From the NCBI RefSeq assembly GCF_036321535.1, contig NC_087436.1, positions 27,902,001 through 27,966,000 on the forward strand: a stretch of DNA of 64,000 bases, read 5' to 3'. The position numbers were made by a program, and so were the translations under genes. The notes beneath the pieces are model-generated. The model was given only the letters and a program-made list of their open reading frames with translations, did no database searches and had not been told where the DNA came from. This DNA comes from Camelus dromedarius. Lineage: Eukaryota. Numbering within the stretch: the first letter of the stretch is position 1; every line of letters begins with the position of its first letter. Positions 12,115-26,937 of the stretch are shown in pieces.

Positions 12115-15061
12115 GCTACTAACAGATTTTCTCTTGTACATCTATACGTTTCTAACTTTCATTGGTTCTGTTTTCTTATGTTTTTTTCTTTAATACTTTA
12201 ATCAATTTGTCCCTATTTCTTCTTCTTTTTTGCTCTTATTGTTATCTCTAGAAAAATCTCCTGCTTAGATTGTTGCAAGTACTACCTTGGAAATAGCTCA
12301 CACATCTGTTTTTTCAACTATAATTAGTTTGTTAAACTCCATATGAACTTATATTTAACTGCATATTTGGAAAGATCTTTGTGGATGTTGCACAAACCCT
12401 CATGAGATAAATAGCGCTAAATTATGTAATATCCTATTATTATCAACAATATCCTACTTTTTCCCTTGGTCCTAGTAACTCAGAGAGATTTGAAAACGTA
12501 ACACTTTACATACAACCTTTCAGTTCTTTTGGATAATAATGACTTAGTGATTAAAGACTACTTACTACTTGTCCTTAACCTATTCTTCAGCTACATCTCC
12601 ACACCTTCCTATAAGAAGACTCATGCCCAGAATTCACTATATAACATGATGTACTCTTCCTTTACCCAAGCTACTTGGTATGTTACTTGTTCAAAAAAAT
12701 AATATTGAACAAATGCTAGTGCCAGTTTCTCTGTGATTCCCCTAATATCTTGCTCATCAATGGGCACACACTTAGTCACACAGTACAATGTACAGCCAGT
12801 TCTAAATCAGGAACAAAGACCAACTAAAGATCAGTAAATGCTAAAATAAAAAATATTTCGGTATCTTTAGAGACATTTTTATAATGTTAGATAATAAAAA
12901 ATGGTCAATAGTGAGGAATCTGTGACTAACGTCTGCTTTTTTTTCTTTTTTTGGTATAAAATATTAGTTTGAGAAATGCAGGTTTGAGATTTAGTGAGCT
13001 GGAAAATAGCAAAATGTTTAGCCTACATGTCACATAAATTAATGGCTTTATGCCCCTTTTCTGAACATGAAATAAATTACATTCTGAGTTCATCCACAAG
13101 AGATATTGCCCATTGAGTTAATTAGGATTAACCAATTCTCAAAGATCAGAGGTCACAAGTCAGAAAAGTAAAACACATTATAAACAGTTGTGTCAGAAAA
13201 TCTTCATCATTTTGTTAAATTAAGATTTTCAAATCAATTAACTAAATAAAGAAATACTACAGAGTGAAAAAAAAAAGAAAGATAATAAATACCAACTTTC
13301 AGGAAGATGTCCTTGAAATATAGACCTGGGAAATATGATTTTTAGGCATTGACTGAGTAAAATCCTTTATAATATTTCTCTCTCAACTTTTAGTGAAGAA
13401 ATTGTGTCTTCAGATTTACCTTGATTGTCCTTGTTTATTTTTGCATAGAGAAAATTCTTCATATATTTTTTTAAGTTGAAGATAATTTGAATATTTTTAA
13501 TTTAATAATATCCATTGGTAAGGATGGAAGAAGGCTCCTTCAAAATTAAACTGCATTGGTGTTTTAATATATTTTGTGCAGTAAGAAACCTCTGACATAG
13601 TGTATGTTTCTCATATACTTTATCTTTTGCTCCATTAGTTGTCAGTTGTATTTGTCAAGTAGAGAATAGATAAACAAAGTGAAGAATACCCTAATTCTAA
13701 TTTAAATAAGGGATTCAAATTAGAATTACATGATACAAAATTATAATCTTGATTATGTGAGTAAGCAGCTAACTCTGATAAATAAATGAACAACGGTATG
13801 TATCATGAATGAGAAAATAAAGAAATATTTTAAGCAATACAAAATGTATCATATGGTTTTTAATAACTTGGCCAGAAATCATTCAATATACATACAATCC
13901 ATTCAATCAATATTGGAATAAAAATTATTGTATTTTACAAAATACTTTTTAACCTCACTGAGGTAATTTACCACAGTGAAGTAATTAGCATAGAAAAATA
14001 ATGCTAACTCTGGATTACAGGGATTTAGACTTAGTAGTATGTCATGGTATACAAAGTTATGTTGTTATACCCCTAAACACCTTTATTTCACCTCAATGTT
14101 GGAGGCAGGATGATATGCGTGTGCTTAGTAAATCATATTTTGATTGGTCATCACTGGAAGGAACATAATCTCTCTGTTGGGATGTCTCTCACACTTCTCT
14201 TTGGCTCCATTAGGATTCCTTTGTATGTAGTCTCCTCATCTTCCTTCATGTCTATGTGGTAATTTAAGCTCTGGTCTTTTTTCCTTGCATTAGGGAACCC
14301 ATGTGCGAAATGAATATGGCAGAAGGAGGTGTTGCATAGTTACCTGCACTAAGTAAAAACAGCCCTAAAACTCCACGTAATTTTCATAGGCTTTAGAGCA
14401 AAACAATATAGTAATGGCTGTCTAAGTGTGTTCGTTCATGTGTATTTAATTTCTTGAGTGTTTGAGTATAATGCACGTATTATATTGAAATATGTTATCC
14501 CAATTCTGGAGAATAGCTATAAAGGCTAATGAAATATTACACTTCTTTCAAGTCATAGCAAAAATATCCAAATATTTTGCCCTATAAAATGATACCAAAT
14601 TTTAGCCATGAAGCCATTACTTGTAAAATTGTATGTCTTTGTGGCAACTGAAGATTTTTTTTATTATTATTTACCTGCTTTTAGTTGAAAAAAATGTAAA
14701 GAATTAAGCCAATCCTAAATTTCAATAGTTAAGCCAAATAATTTATACTTGCGAAGTGACTGCAATTCAGATATGAAACAGTAGGCAAAGAGTTAGTTAC
14801 TTTATTAATATTTATTTCCTCCTTGTTAAGCATCTTCTCCTATCTTGGATACAAAGCTATTCCGTGACCAATTTAAAAATTGAAATATTTATATGATGCA
14901 CATTTTTAACTATGCTTTCTCTTCTCTAATTTATAAATACAATAAAATAGCTGTCAAGTATATATGTACTCTAGAATTGACTACTGCAGAGAGTACAAGC
15001 TTATGATTTTCTTTTGGAAAATATGAACATTTTTATAGTACAAATAAGTGGTATAATCATC

Positions 15062-15157
15062 AAGAATATATGTATGTATATGCATGACTGGGACATTGTG
15101 CTGTGCACCAGAAATTGACATTGTAACTGACTACACTTCAATTAAAAAAAAAAAAAG
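15062..15157 (+). mobile_element. Short L1 3' terminus with poly(A)
   Basis: gtatatgcatgactgggacattgtgctgtgcaccagaaattgacattgtaactgactacacttcaatt plus an A run; homologous to the 3' end of the L1 at 7610-7700. Confidence 0.85.
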
Positions 15158-16164
15158 AATTGCTTGCAGCAGAAGGAATATAATATCTTTTAAAACATTA
15201 TATCTTTCTTCTCTGAAATGGTGTAAGATAAAAAAGAGAATGAACAGTTTAAGTAGATTTTTAAATTTTTGCTTTATGGTTGAGCTAGCTAGATGAATTT
15301 TCAGTGATACTGGACAGTCATGAGAAATTTAGATACTTTATTTCTAAACATCCTGTTTTTCTCCTGGGAAAATATGCAAGTGCACTTTGTTGATTTTATC
15401 TTCCTAAAACGTGTTTGGACAGATTCACAAAGATTTAGTTACCTCCTTAATAGAATTTACTTTGCTTGACATTTAGATCTCTTTTAGATTGAAGTAGTTA
15501 ATGATCTAAGTATAACTTATTTTTACACTATTAAAATTATGGAAACTGTCTCAATGTTGAGGATTCTTTTAAAATCCTGTGTTTTCTCACCTCTTTACAA
15601 GATGAATAAACTATTGGTACTTTCTACCAGACAGAAAAATTAGTAAAGAAGTTTTCTTAAAACTCGATACAGAAAAGCCAAAAATGCTTTCCTTTGGTAA
15701 TTCATAACGTCATTTTTTTTTAACATAATGTGATATCCTGGGAAAAATCTCTTAACCTCTTCTGATCTTGGGTGAGCCTCTCAGAGCAAAAAAAACCCAC
15801 TGTGATTCCTCTTTATATTTCAATTTTGGATCTAGATGCACCTTTTGTGAATCTTCATCTGTGATTTTTCTCTGTTTTCCCTTTATTCCTTCCTATCTCA
15901 TTCCAGAATATATATATATTAGCAGTCATCTACCCACCAGCTATCCTTCAGAGATTCATTGTCTCATTTTCTACCATTTCCACTACTTTTGACCCCTCAA
16001 AATGTCCTGTTCTCATTCTTGACCCTATTTCTTTTTTAAATTTATGCACACCTCAAGTTAAATTTTTATTCAAACTTGTTCTTTAATTGTTTAACTTCTT
16101 AGAAGATGGTGACACATTATTTTTCCCATTTTGATCATAATTCCTTGCAATTTACTTCTGAATC

Positions 16165-16804
16165 TGAGACAGGAAGGGGGCAGGGCACAGCCATTCAAAG
16201 AATGCTACAGCAATTAACATCAAAATGGTAAAAGATTCAAATTCAACCCCCAGTAGGCCTTGAGGCTCAAGATGGTGGGAGGTTTGACTTCTAGCAGATC
16301 TTGAGCTTCATTATATGCTCACTGTAATATATTAACATGGTGAATAACATGCTCACAGGCCCATGACAGTCCCAAGTCTAGCCACAAAAGGTCAGAGTGG
16401 AAAATGGCCAACTTCCTGGGAATCCCAGCCCCTTCCCCAGACTAGTTATACTGTTACTTACACTTATTAGCATATACAGCCACTGAGACCATAAAAACTG
16501 GCAACCTGGTGCCTCACTGTGGCTACCTCTCTCTCTCTCTCCTTGTTTGGAGACTACCCACTCTCTGTCTATGGAGTGTGTACCTACTTTTAATCTGAGC
16601 ACCCAACCCCCATACCTCATGGCCTTTCTCTTGCCTTTCAATGTATCTGTCTGAATAAATCTACCTTTACTCAACTGTGGCTCGCTTTTGAATTCTTTCC
16701 TGCATGAAGCCAAGGACCCACACTTGGTGGGGCATGTCCCAGGAGCTCAACCAAAGCCTGGGACACGGCCCTCCTCATGCTCCACATCTGTTTCCCTTGC
16801 ATCA
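16165..16804 (+). mobile_element. MER41-like ERV1 solo LTR (640 bp)
   Basis: TG...CA termini with perfect 4-bp TSD aatc (16161-16164, 16805-16808); MER41-type blocks ccataaaaactggcaacc, ctctgtctatggag, aataaa, tgaattctttcctgc...ccaaggaccc. Confidence 0.9.
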
Positions 16805-17509
16805 AATCCACAGTGTCAATTAAATTATACTTCCTTAGATCCCATGCATCTCATAAATCCCTCATTTTCTTTGACATTCACAGTATTTAAAAGTGAAAAA
16901 AATCAATTACATCTTCAACTTACAATGTTTTTTTTTTCTTTTTCACTTTCTTAAAACTAGAAAGTCTAGATTACCTTCAGTCCTTAGCTGCTTTTCCCCT
17001 TCCTCCCTCCTTCACTTCTCTCTGTTCTTCCTCTTTTTCTTTTAACTTTATAGTCTCTCCCCATTATCTTTATGGCCTTTTGCCTTTATGAGTGTAACTC
17101 TCACATCTACAGCTCCAGAGCTGAATTGTTTTCTGATCTCTAGTCCCATAAACATCTACACAACATTTAGTTTACAATCCTGCCATCATCTTAGAATCCT
17201 ATTAAATTTAAGCTAATCATTTTTCCTCCATCATCTCTTTCCTCTTTCCCTCTGTTTCCTTGTCACCCTTTTCCCCATTTCTACCCTTGCTCACTTATTT
17301 CTCTTTATTATTCCTTTTCCATATCTTTCTCTTTCTTCTTTGTCTTGAGATATTTCCTTTTTCTCTCACTTTTTGTTCTTTCCCTTTATCTGTTAATAGC
17401 ACCATGTTTATTTCTTATTGTTTGGGTTCAAACAATTGGAGTTAGTATATTTTTTCTTGTGCAAATCAATGGGCATTAAATATTAAAGTCAACATTTAAC
17501 TCCTAAGAC

Positions 17510-17600
17510 CACCACTCAATGAGGCAGGTATTATTACTCCTTGTTTTATATTATAAAAAAAAATAGAGGCTCAGACTGGTTATTCACCTACACTTTCCCC
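17510..17600 (-). mobile_element. MIR fragment
   Basis: gaggcaggtattattactccttgtttta...gaggctcaga MIR core. Confidence 0.6.
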
Positions 17601-18354
17601 AAAATAGTCCCTGGGTTCATGTGATTTCATCATTGACAAATCTCTAGTGGCTTCTCTATGATTATAAAATCCAGGCTTCTTATTCTGCTATTGAATGCTT
17701 TCTACTATGAGACTCCTATATAATTCTCTGTTTAATTTTCCTTGGGATTCTCATCATGAGAACCCAGTACCTGCCCACAGCCTCCAAAGGAACTTTCATT
17801 TTTACCCAAATCATTGTCCAATTAATGGAAAACAACATCATAAACAAAATCAACAATAAATGTTCACTTTTTTCCAGGTTGTTATGGCTTTTGATAATGA
17901 GTTATTCTTTCTACTTATGTCAGCCAAATGCTTCAGTAGGAGCCAGGCCATCATGTCTCTTTTCCAGCAAGTCTTCTTCCACTACCAGTTGCCCAAGCAG
18001 AAATATTGAGAACATTGTTATGAAGATTATTATTTATATTTTGTATAAGTTAGCAGTTGGAAAGATGTGACATGCCTTTGTAGATGACGTGTAAGCTTTT
18101 AGTTGTGTAATTCTTGGATAGTGATTGGTATTTGAAAGTCATCAGATAGTATGAACTTTTGAAAGCCTGGTGGTGTATGGGATGACTTAAAGACTGTAAT
18201 CCAGTTTATTACTATTTCCTTAGGCTAGGACTTTGGTTTCTTGTTCAATATATTGTTTCTGACACTAAATCATGAAAATAGTCTCAGACATTATTACATA
18301 GCATATAATATAAGCTATTTTCATATATACCATAATTTTCCTTTCAAAAATTTA

Positions 18355-20010
18355 TAATCTATTTACTCATCCGTCTTTTTCCCCTAATCCCTGGCAACCA
18401 TGGATCTTTTCATTCTCCACAGTTTTATCCTTTTAAGAATTCATATAATTTAAATCATATAATAGGTAGCCTTTTTTAGATAGAATTTTCTCACTTAGTA
18501 ATATACATTTATACTTCCTCTATGTTTTTCATGTTTGATAGCTGATTTTTTTTTTTTAGTGCTGAGTAATATCTCATTGTTTGGAGGTACCACAGTTTAT
18601 TTATCCATTTGCCTACTGAAGATGTGACATCTTGGTTGTCTCCAAGTTTTGTCAATTATGAATAAAGCTGCTATAAACATCCATGTGCTGATTTTTGGGT
18701 GGATGTAGGTTTTCAACTCTTTGGGTAAATACGAAGGATGCACTTGGTGGATCACATAGTAAGAATATGTTTAATTTTCTAAAAAACTTCCAAATTGTTT
18801 TTCAAAGTGGCTATAACATTTCTCATTGCTACCAGGAAAGAATGAGAGTTACTGTTGCTTCACATCCTCACCAGCTTTTGATGTGTCAGTGTTTTGAATA
18901 TCGGGTGTTCTAAATGTTATGTAATGGTACCTCACTATTGTTTTACTTTTTAATTCTCTAATAACACATGACAGTGAACACTTCTTGATATGCTCATTTG
19001 CCATCTATATATCTTCTTTTGTGAGTTGTCTGTTCTGATATTTTGCCCATTTTTTAATTGGGTAGTCCATTTTCTAATTGTTGACTTTTAAGAATTCTTT
19101 ATATGTTTTAGATAACAGTTGTTTATCAGATATGTGTTTGGCAAATATTTTCTGCTAATGGTATGTCTTCTTATTCTCTCTACATTGCCTGTTGCATAGC
19201 CCAAGTTTTTAATTTTAATGAAATTCAACTCATCAATTCTTTTTTCTATGGAATGTGCCTCTGGTGCTATATCTAAAATGTAATTACCATACACAAGGTC
19301 AAGTAGATTTTTTCCTATGTTATCTTATGAAATTTTACCGTTTTGCATTTTACATTTTGGTATGTTGCATTTTTGGAAGTTTTTATGAAGGATATTAGGT
19401 CTGTGTCTAGATTCTTTCTTTTTTTTTAATTTTTATTTTTTGCACATAGATGTCCAGTTGTCCCAGGAGCATTTGTTGAAAAGACTATCTTTTCTCCATT
19501 ATATTGCCTTTGCTTTGTTAGGATCTATGTCTGGACTCTATTCTGTTCCATTTATCTCTTTGACTAGTGTTTTACCAATATCACATTGTCTTGATTAGTA
19601 CGGCTTTATAATCTCAAAGTCAGGTAGTGTCAGTTCTCTGACTTTGTTGTTTTGCTTCAATATTGTGGTGGCTATTCTGTTTCTTCTGTCTCTCTATATA
19701 AACTTTAGAATCAGTTTGTCAATACCCAATGATAAATTTCTTGGGATGTTAATGGAGATTGCACTGAATCTGTACATCAAGTTAGGAACAACTGCCATCT
19801 TGACAATATTGGCTCTTCCTATTCCTGAACGTGGAATAGCTCCTCATGCATTCAGTCCTTTGATTTATTTTATCTGTATTTGTAATTTTTATCATACAGA
19901 TCTTATAAAATATTTTAATAGATTTATACATTGGTGTTTTGGGGGGTACTAACGTGAACAACAGTATTATGCTTTTCATTTCAAATTCCACATGTTCATT
20001 GCTGGATTCT
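18355..20010 (-). mobile_element. Old LINE-1 (L1MC/L1MB-like) 3'UTR and ORF2 3' part
   Basis: ccctggcaacc...ttgtcaattatgaataaagctgctataaacatccatgtgc...; minus-strand ORF 19088-19294 contains ORF2-like IDELNFIKIKN. Confidence 0.9.
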
Positions 20011-21832
20011 GCACTTTTTACTAATAGGATTTCCATATAGTTCTTTTTTTCATACTATCCAATAATATAATAATTTTAAAGTTATCTGAAAACTCCTTTA
20101 TCTGAACCCTTTTTTGAATCTGTTTTAAAATGTGTTGATTTCCAGGCCTTTAGTCTACAGTTTTTATCCTCGCTGATACCTGGCTGTTTTTATAGATTCT
20201 ATATGTTGTGTATAAAAAATATGAGCAAGAATGATAGTAACTTTCCTCAGACAGAGTGAAATTTTGCCTCTCACAAGTTGTTGGAGGTAGAATCAATCTA
20301 AGACCACTTAATCTAGTTTTGATAATGGAGATGATTTTAAGATGTGCCTCTTCCTTTCTTATGAAAGCTGCATTGCTTCTGATTTACCCTAACCCCAAAA
20401 GTGTAGCCTGCTCTTGTTCTAATCTAGACTCTATTTTGTTCACTAGCTTCCACACAAGTTTCAATTTTCACTCCTTAGTTTGTCAGCCTTTCAGCAACCT
20501 TTTCAAAATCACCAGACACTGCAAGGGGAAGAATGGTCCTAATTGCCACATAATCCTTCACTGCTTTGTTATCGCTTGAATTTGTTCATGTAGATTTACT
20601 TTTAAAAAGCATTTTGTTCATCTTTTACAGTTGTCCTTGTTGAGAAGGTTGGTATGAATTATCTAGAATACCATTATCATCAGTAGATACATGTTATTCT
20701 TTCATTCTTTTTTTTTTTAATCCATTAGCCTGTGATACCTTAAAGGAAGAATTCTTTATATCACACTTTTCTTTATGTATTTTTAGGTTGTAATTTCTTT
20801 ACCATTCTCCTGAGTGCTGTGAACACAAATTATGAGCTCTCTGCAAATGATTAAAACACACACACAATTTAATCTGTTATTCCCAGATGTTTCAAAAGAA
20901 CATATGACAATTTTCACTTCTTTAGAGAAGTGTATATTAGTTAGAGGGAGGACACAAATATCGGCAAAAAGAGGATAATATCAAACTGTCCCAATTCCTC
21001 TAAAACAATATAATCATATTTAAAAAAATCAACTTTAGTAAATATGTTATATGGTTTCCTCAAATGCTATTGGAAAAAGAACAGTTTTTTCTGAAGAATA
21101 AAGGAAACATATTTTGGCTATGAATGATAGTTTTATCTTTTATATATTTCTTTGATTATGCCCTATTTCACTTATTTTTTAAACTCCAAGTTTTACACCA
21201 AAAATAAATGTAAGGACATTTAAATTAACTAAAATAAAATGACAGTAATCATCCTAAAACATTAAGAAGGAAATTGATGTAAAAGTAAAGTATATAAAAT
21301 ATATCAAAGCCAAAAGAAATTTAGGAATTAAATTCTAATAGGATAGGCAGTTGGTTTTAATTATGTTTGATAAGTCACAACACATATCATTAGTAGAAGA
21401 TGAATTAAACACCTGGACTCATAAAAATACCTGTTTATGTGTTTGAATGTGTACATAGGTAATATCCAAACTTTTTATCCTCCAGTACACTACAATGGAA
21501 CTAAACAAAAAAGATAACATATCCCTTCATTCAGAAAACAAAACAAAACAAAACAGCCCTTTATGCTTAACTTAAAACATACTTATAACCCCATGAGTGC
21601 TGGCTGGATATCTGCTATGAGTATCTATTTTCATATTGTAATTTTTCAGCCAATTCAAAATTTATATGAGAGTAATGTCTTATTTTTAATTACTAATTGA
21701 ATTGTGTAATTTTGCTTATTTATATTGACTCTAAAGTATTCAAAAGGAGTTTTAAGTATTGAGTTCTAAGACATTGAAATATCATCATATTTGCATGCTT
21801 AATATGTAGGTTTCAAATTAAATGAGAAATAA

Positions 21833-24800
21833 GGGACATCAGGTTAAGGTGGTATATTAGATTTCACTTTAAAATACCTTGTATTTTTGAAAAAAAGATA
21901 TCATGTTGGATCCAAATGTTAAAGAGATTGCCCAACTGGGGATATACATATCAATGCCCATTAAAAAACAAAAATTCAAACTGTGAATGAAACTGAACTC
22001 TACTTCATTCTGGCAGTAGCAGAGTCATGGTTGGATTGTGGCATATGGCTCACCTCTGAAAAATAATAACTGATGTGAAGTTAATTCTTCCATCTCACAA
22101 AGAAAGTAAAATAAAGCATCTGCTCCACAACTGAATGTCTGGGAGTTATGGCTTTGTAAAGTGGGAAGAAAAAGATGCATTACATAGTGTGGTAGATAGG
22201 AACTAAGTTTTCCCTATAACTGGCTACACAGCTGAAGTGATAAGTTATCTAGGATTGCTGAGGAGTAAGAATCATAAAACATTATTATAATATCTGTGTC
22301 TGGACTGGGGAAAGGGGGACCTAATGGGATAGAGTAAACAATCTAACTATCAAACATAAAGAAATAATAAGAAAAAATAAAATTTCAGGTCACATACCTA
22401 TGTAAGTTTTATACACGCACATACACACGTATCAGAGAATCGAGTATTCCTGTCTATAGTATTAAATATGATAGGAGAACTCACATTTTTATGTAAATGT
22501 CTGATATTGCATCAATATTACTAAGCAATGCAAAAAAAAAAAATAAAATATATCTGAATGCTTAGAGTAAAACTGACAGTAGAAGCAGACAATGGATGAT
22601 CCAGATATTGGACTTAAAAGTAATTTAAAATAACTACAATTAGTATGTTCAAGAAAATCAGGAAAAGATGGGCAAAATAGATGACAGGATGGATAGTATC
22701 AACTGAGCACTAGACTAGAAAAAGAATCAAGTTCATTCTAGAAATGAAAATAAATACATTAACTAAAATTAAGAATTTGGTACATGAGTTTAACAGTAGA
22801 TTCCATACACTATAAGAAAGAAAAGTTGAAAAGGAAGACAAACTAAAAGCAGAGTAGAAAAAACAATTAAAAAAAAATGTAGAATGGGGCATGAGACCTA
22901 GGAGATGCCAATCAGTAAAGCAATCTCTAAGCAACAGTGACTACTTGGCTGCTAAGCTGGTTTGTCACAATTCCATAGATTCAGCCACTACAGAAACAAT
23001 GATCCCATATGCATTTATACAGTTTATTACTTAAACAGATAGCATATACAAGATCAGCATGTTATCAGCTCCTCATGTCTGTTAAATGGCTCTAAAGTGA
23101 GGGAGCCAGAGGACAGATGGCACAAAGAGTGGGTTGCTGTGTAATAGAGAACAAATTCTAAGCTGTAGCTGTACCCAAATGGGTTTAAAATGTAAAAATC
23201 CAGTGCCTCCATCCATGAAGGTAGATGGTTAGCTGCCATGTGGCAGCCTCTTGCAAGATAGGGAACATCCTGAAAACGAATAAGCTAGTTGAGAAATGGC
23301 TTTGTGACAGCTCCTCACAAGACTATCTATCCTTCTGTATTCCAGTTGAGGATCATATCATGTTCTGCCAAGACCTGGATCAGACTGTGACTGAGCTTTC
23401 CTTCGGTATCTAGTGTGGAACTTGCAGTTTCCAGAAAGCCATGAGGGAGCCGTCCCTCCTCATAGCACACAAAGAAAAGTTCTTACACACATGGAAATGA
23501 AGTTCCAGGGAGAGAGGATACAGATAACAAAGAAGAAGCAATACAGTGTGTGTTATTAATTGAGAATTTTCCAGAGCCGTTGTAAGTTATCAATCAACAA
23601 GGGAAGAAATTCTATGAATTACAAACAGGAAAAGACACATAGGAAAGCACAACTAAATTTATTCTAGTTAAATTGATGCAAACCAAATATGAAGAGAAAA
23701 TATTAATAGCAGCCAGAGGAAAAGACATGTTTCCTTCAGAAAGCACCTGTAAAACTGACAGTGAATGTCATAAAAAAATGTAAGTCAGAAGACAATCAAA
23801 TGCCGATATCTTAGAAAGCCATAACTGCCAATGTAGAGGTCTATTCCAGGTATTTTTTAAAAAATATATAACTTTAAATAAAATAAATGTACAGAGATTT
23901 TATTACTGTACCTGTGTAATAAATTTTTTATTTGAAATCTAGGGGGCATTATTCAGGCATTAGGAAGTTGATACCACAAAGCAACATAGAAATACAAGAA
24001 GGAACAGAAAGCAATGAAAAGGGTAAGTACACGTGCTCTTATGTTGGGTATACATTGCATTATACATTATGTTGACTATAATGTAATACATGTAGAAGCA
24101 AAATGCATGATAACAATAATAAAATAGGCCATCTAAAGTTCTAGCATTTTCAGGAATTCAGCAAAGTAAATATTTATCCTAAATAGTGTGTTAAAAATTA
24201 TAACATGCCTGGTAACCACCAAAATAATAATAAAAATGTATAATTAAGATAACATTAAGGAAAGATGGGATTACAAAAATGAGTAGGTAATTATAAAACA
24301 GAAACTATAAAGGAGAAAATAAATGATCTGGCATAAGCAAATTACAGGGAAAAAAGTCCAATTATAAATGTTGGAAATAAAAATAAGATGCAGGTGAAAG
24401 CATAAATCCTTTAGTGTATAGTGGGGAAAAAAAATTTGCAATGGAAGATAGATTCCAAACCACTGCACTGAGAAATAATAAGTAAATGAAAGAGATAATA
24501 AAATGACTTGATTGAACATATAGCAGTTGCAAAATACTAAAATGAAGGAATTGGCAAAGAAATATTTGATTACTCAATAGTTAAAAATTATTCAAAAGTG
24601 GAAAAACTGTGTCCATATATATGTATATAAATATATATATGTTTATATATGTAGCTGTATGCCTATTGTGCTAAGAAGTATAAATAAATATGAACTATTT
24701 GTGGACATGTAATAATTTACATCCACCATATGAATTATAGGTAAAATAAAATCTTTACCAGAGAGAAGATAGCAATTAAAATGAATGAATAAAATGTCTC

Positions 24801-25290
24801 ATAAATATCAATTAAAAACTGGTAGAAATAAAATAAATTACATTCAACATGAAAATAAAATAACATACTTATATTATTTGCCATAATAAAAGAAAACAAA
24901 TTATTGCAATTTGTTATTTTAGGATACATTTGACTGTAATTTCACAGATATTAAACATATAAAAGCATGTCAGAATAAACTGAATATAATACGAAAATTC
25001 ATATATTTATAGTATGAACTTCTACACATAGCAGTATAAAAACATGCATATGAATGGTACCTGTCAAACTTCAGACTTTTCAAATTTCTTTTTTCCATCT
25101 AATATCCCTAATAGATGGAGAAAAGAAACTTGAAATATGTCAGACAGACATACATAGAGAAACATTTCAATTTATCTTTAGTTTTTGTTAGATGCAAATA
25201 AAACAAAATATTAATATTGGGCATTTCTTAGTCCCTCATATTTTCTTTATGCTATAAATAGTTCATAATAAAATATTTTAAAATAAATAT
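21833..25290 (+). mobile_element. Ancient L1M/HAL1-type element (5' end, ORF1 relic, A-rich spacer, 3' end), interrupted by an LTR
   Basis: 5' start ggacatcaggttaaggtgg resembles the L1 GACTTCCGG..AAGATGG start; ORF1-like blocks atccagatattggactta, gagaattttccaga, gagaaaatattaatagcagccagagg; 3'-end-like sequence near 25200-25290. Confidence 0.6.
22891..23470 (-). mobile_element. ERVL-class solo LTR nested in the old L1/HAL1 ORF1
   Basis: GC-richer about 580-bp block interrupting A-rich ORF1 sequence; tttatt at about 23023 is a minus-strand polyA signal; family not certain. Confidence 0.6.
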
Positions 25291-26937
25291 TTTCATAGAA
25301 TTTAGTTTTTTCCTATTGATTGTACAGTATATCATTATTGACATGTAATTGAAATGTTCTATATTAAATATCCACACTGAATGATATTCCAATTCCAGAA
25401 GACTAACATATGAAAAAAATATGCTTAGAATCTTAGAAGTTTAACAGCTCACTAATTTGACTGCATTTGCAATAGTCACAATGGATGAGGTCTTTCTAGC
25501 TTAATAGGAATTAACGAATAATTTATTGCTTTTCACATGAAGGTGTTTTCCACTGAGGAATATTTATTTGTTTCACTCTTATGTCAGCTGTCTCTGAAGA
25601 AATATTTCTATCTTATCTCCCAATAATAGCTTATATTTGCACAATGTAATCAACATCCTACTTCCTCATTTTGTTGTATGAATCGAAAAGCTTAGCATTC
25701 TTAATTCAGTTCTGGAATTTGTTTATCTTAGTGAAAAAAAAATCAATCATTGAGCAACTCCTTGGAGTCACCTATGGCTTTACAGGTAAACATTATTAAC
25801 TAATAAATGATTCCACAAGTGTACCAACAGATAGGGGGAGTCCTTGACCTGTTAAACATAGCTATGGGATTCCTCAGATAATGTATTCCACCGGTAGCAG
25901 CCCCAGGTAAATTCAAGAGACTAATTTGGTTCCTCTTCAAATTGCATTCAATCAATGACTCAGTCCATTTGGAAAATCAATATCCACAACTATCACCTTT
26001 GAAGTACCACATTATTCAGCAAAACCTAATTATCATAAATACTTGCTCTATTACAACAGCTCTCCAGTATTGTGTTAAAATTATGAAATAAGATTGTCCT
26101 GACATTTATAGTAAGTGAATCTGTAACAGCAACAGGAAATTAGCTTTCCATACTATAATATGGTATTACATTTTTGTATTGTGATTCTTTTTCTAGTTTG
26201 GAAATTTGTTCAAAATTAATCTGGAACTGTACTAATCATCAACTCTGTTAACTTTCTGAATTCATAAAAAAAATGATGGAAAGAAGCACTGAAAAATCTC
26301 TTCACTGGTCTTAAAAAGCACTAAGAAACAGCAACAAATTAAAAACTAATTTAAAGTAAAATTACATACATGGCTTCTTTTAAGAAAAATCCTCTCAAAT
26401 CCAAATGGAATAAGCTTGCATCAAAGAACTGAATAAACTGGAAAACAGAACTTTATGAAGTAAAAAAGAATCAATTACTATTGTATATAATCCTCTAAAT
26501 ATACTTTCAGCTGCAAACACTTCAAGAGCCTGTGTGCTATTGCTGATTCCAGTAAATATGCCCAGGGTGGATCAGAGGAGCTCTGGGCTCTCTGAAGCAC
26601 ATAGGAGTTACTGTCTGAAGATGACTTTGCTTCAGTACAGTCAATGTAGTATAGAGACTGATTCAGAACTGAGGAAACCGCCCTGAAGATTACTAGTAAT
26701 ATGATTTACCCTGACTGGAGAGTTCAGTATATTTTACATAAGAAGCATAGCAGAAATGAGAGAGTAGCTGAAGGGCGGTGGATCCAAAGATATTTGCTTT
26801 CTTGATGTTGCTGCTTTTTAATTGGATTTTTATATATCTTATATGGCATATTTGTATCCTGATGGAAATGATCCCAACGCACAGAAACACACAAACAACC
26901 CCCCCCCAAATCCCCAAGATTCAGGGGAGAAAAACAG

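Noticed and set aside
17865..18010. Exon after the strong acceptor ttttttccag
   Set aside because: No recognisable peptide in any frame and no convincing donor before stop codons.
25820..25905. CTCF-like motifs
   Set aside because: Both candidates miss core positions or spacing of CCASYAGRKGGCRS.
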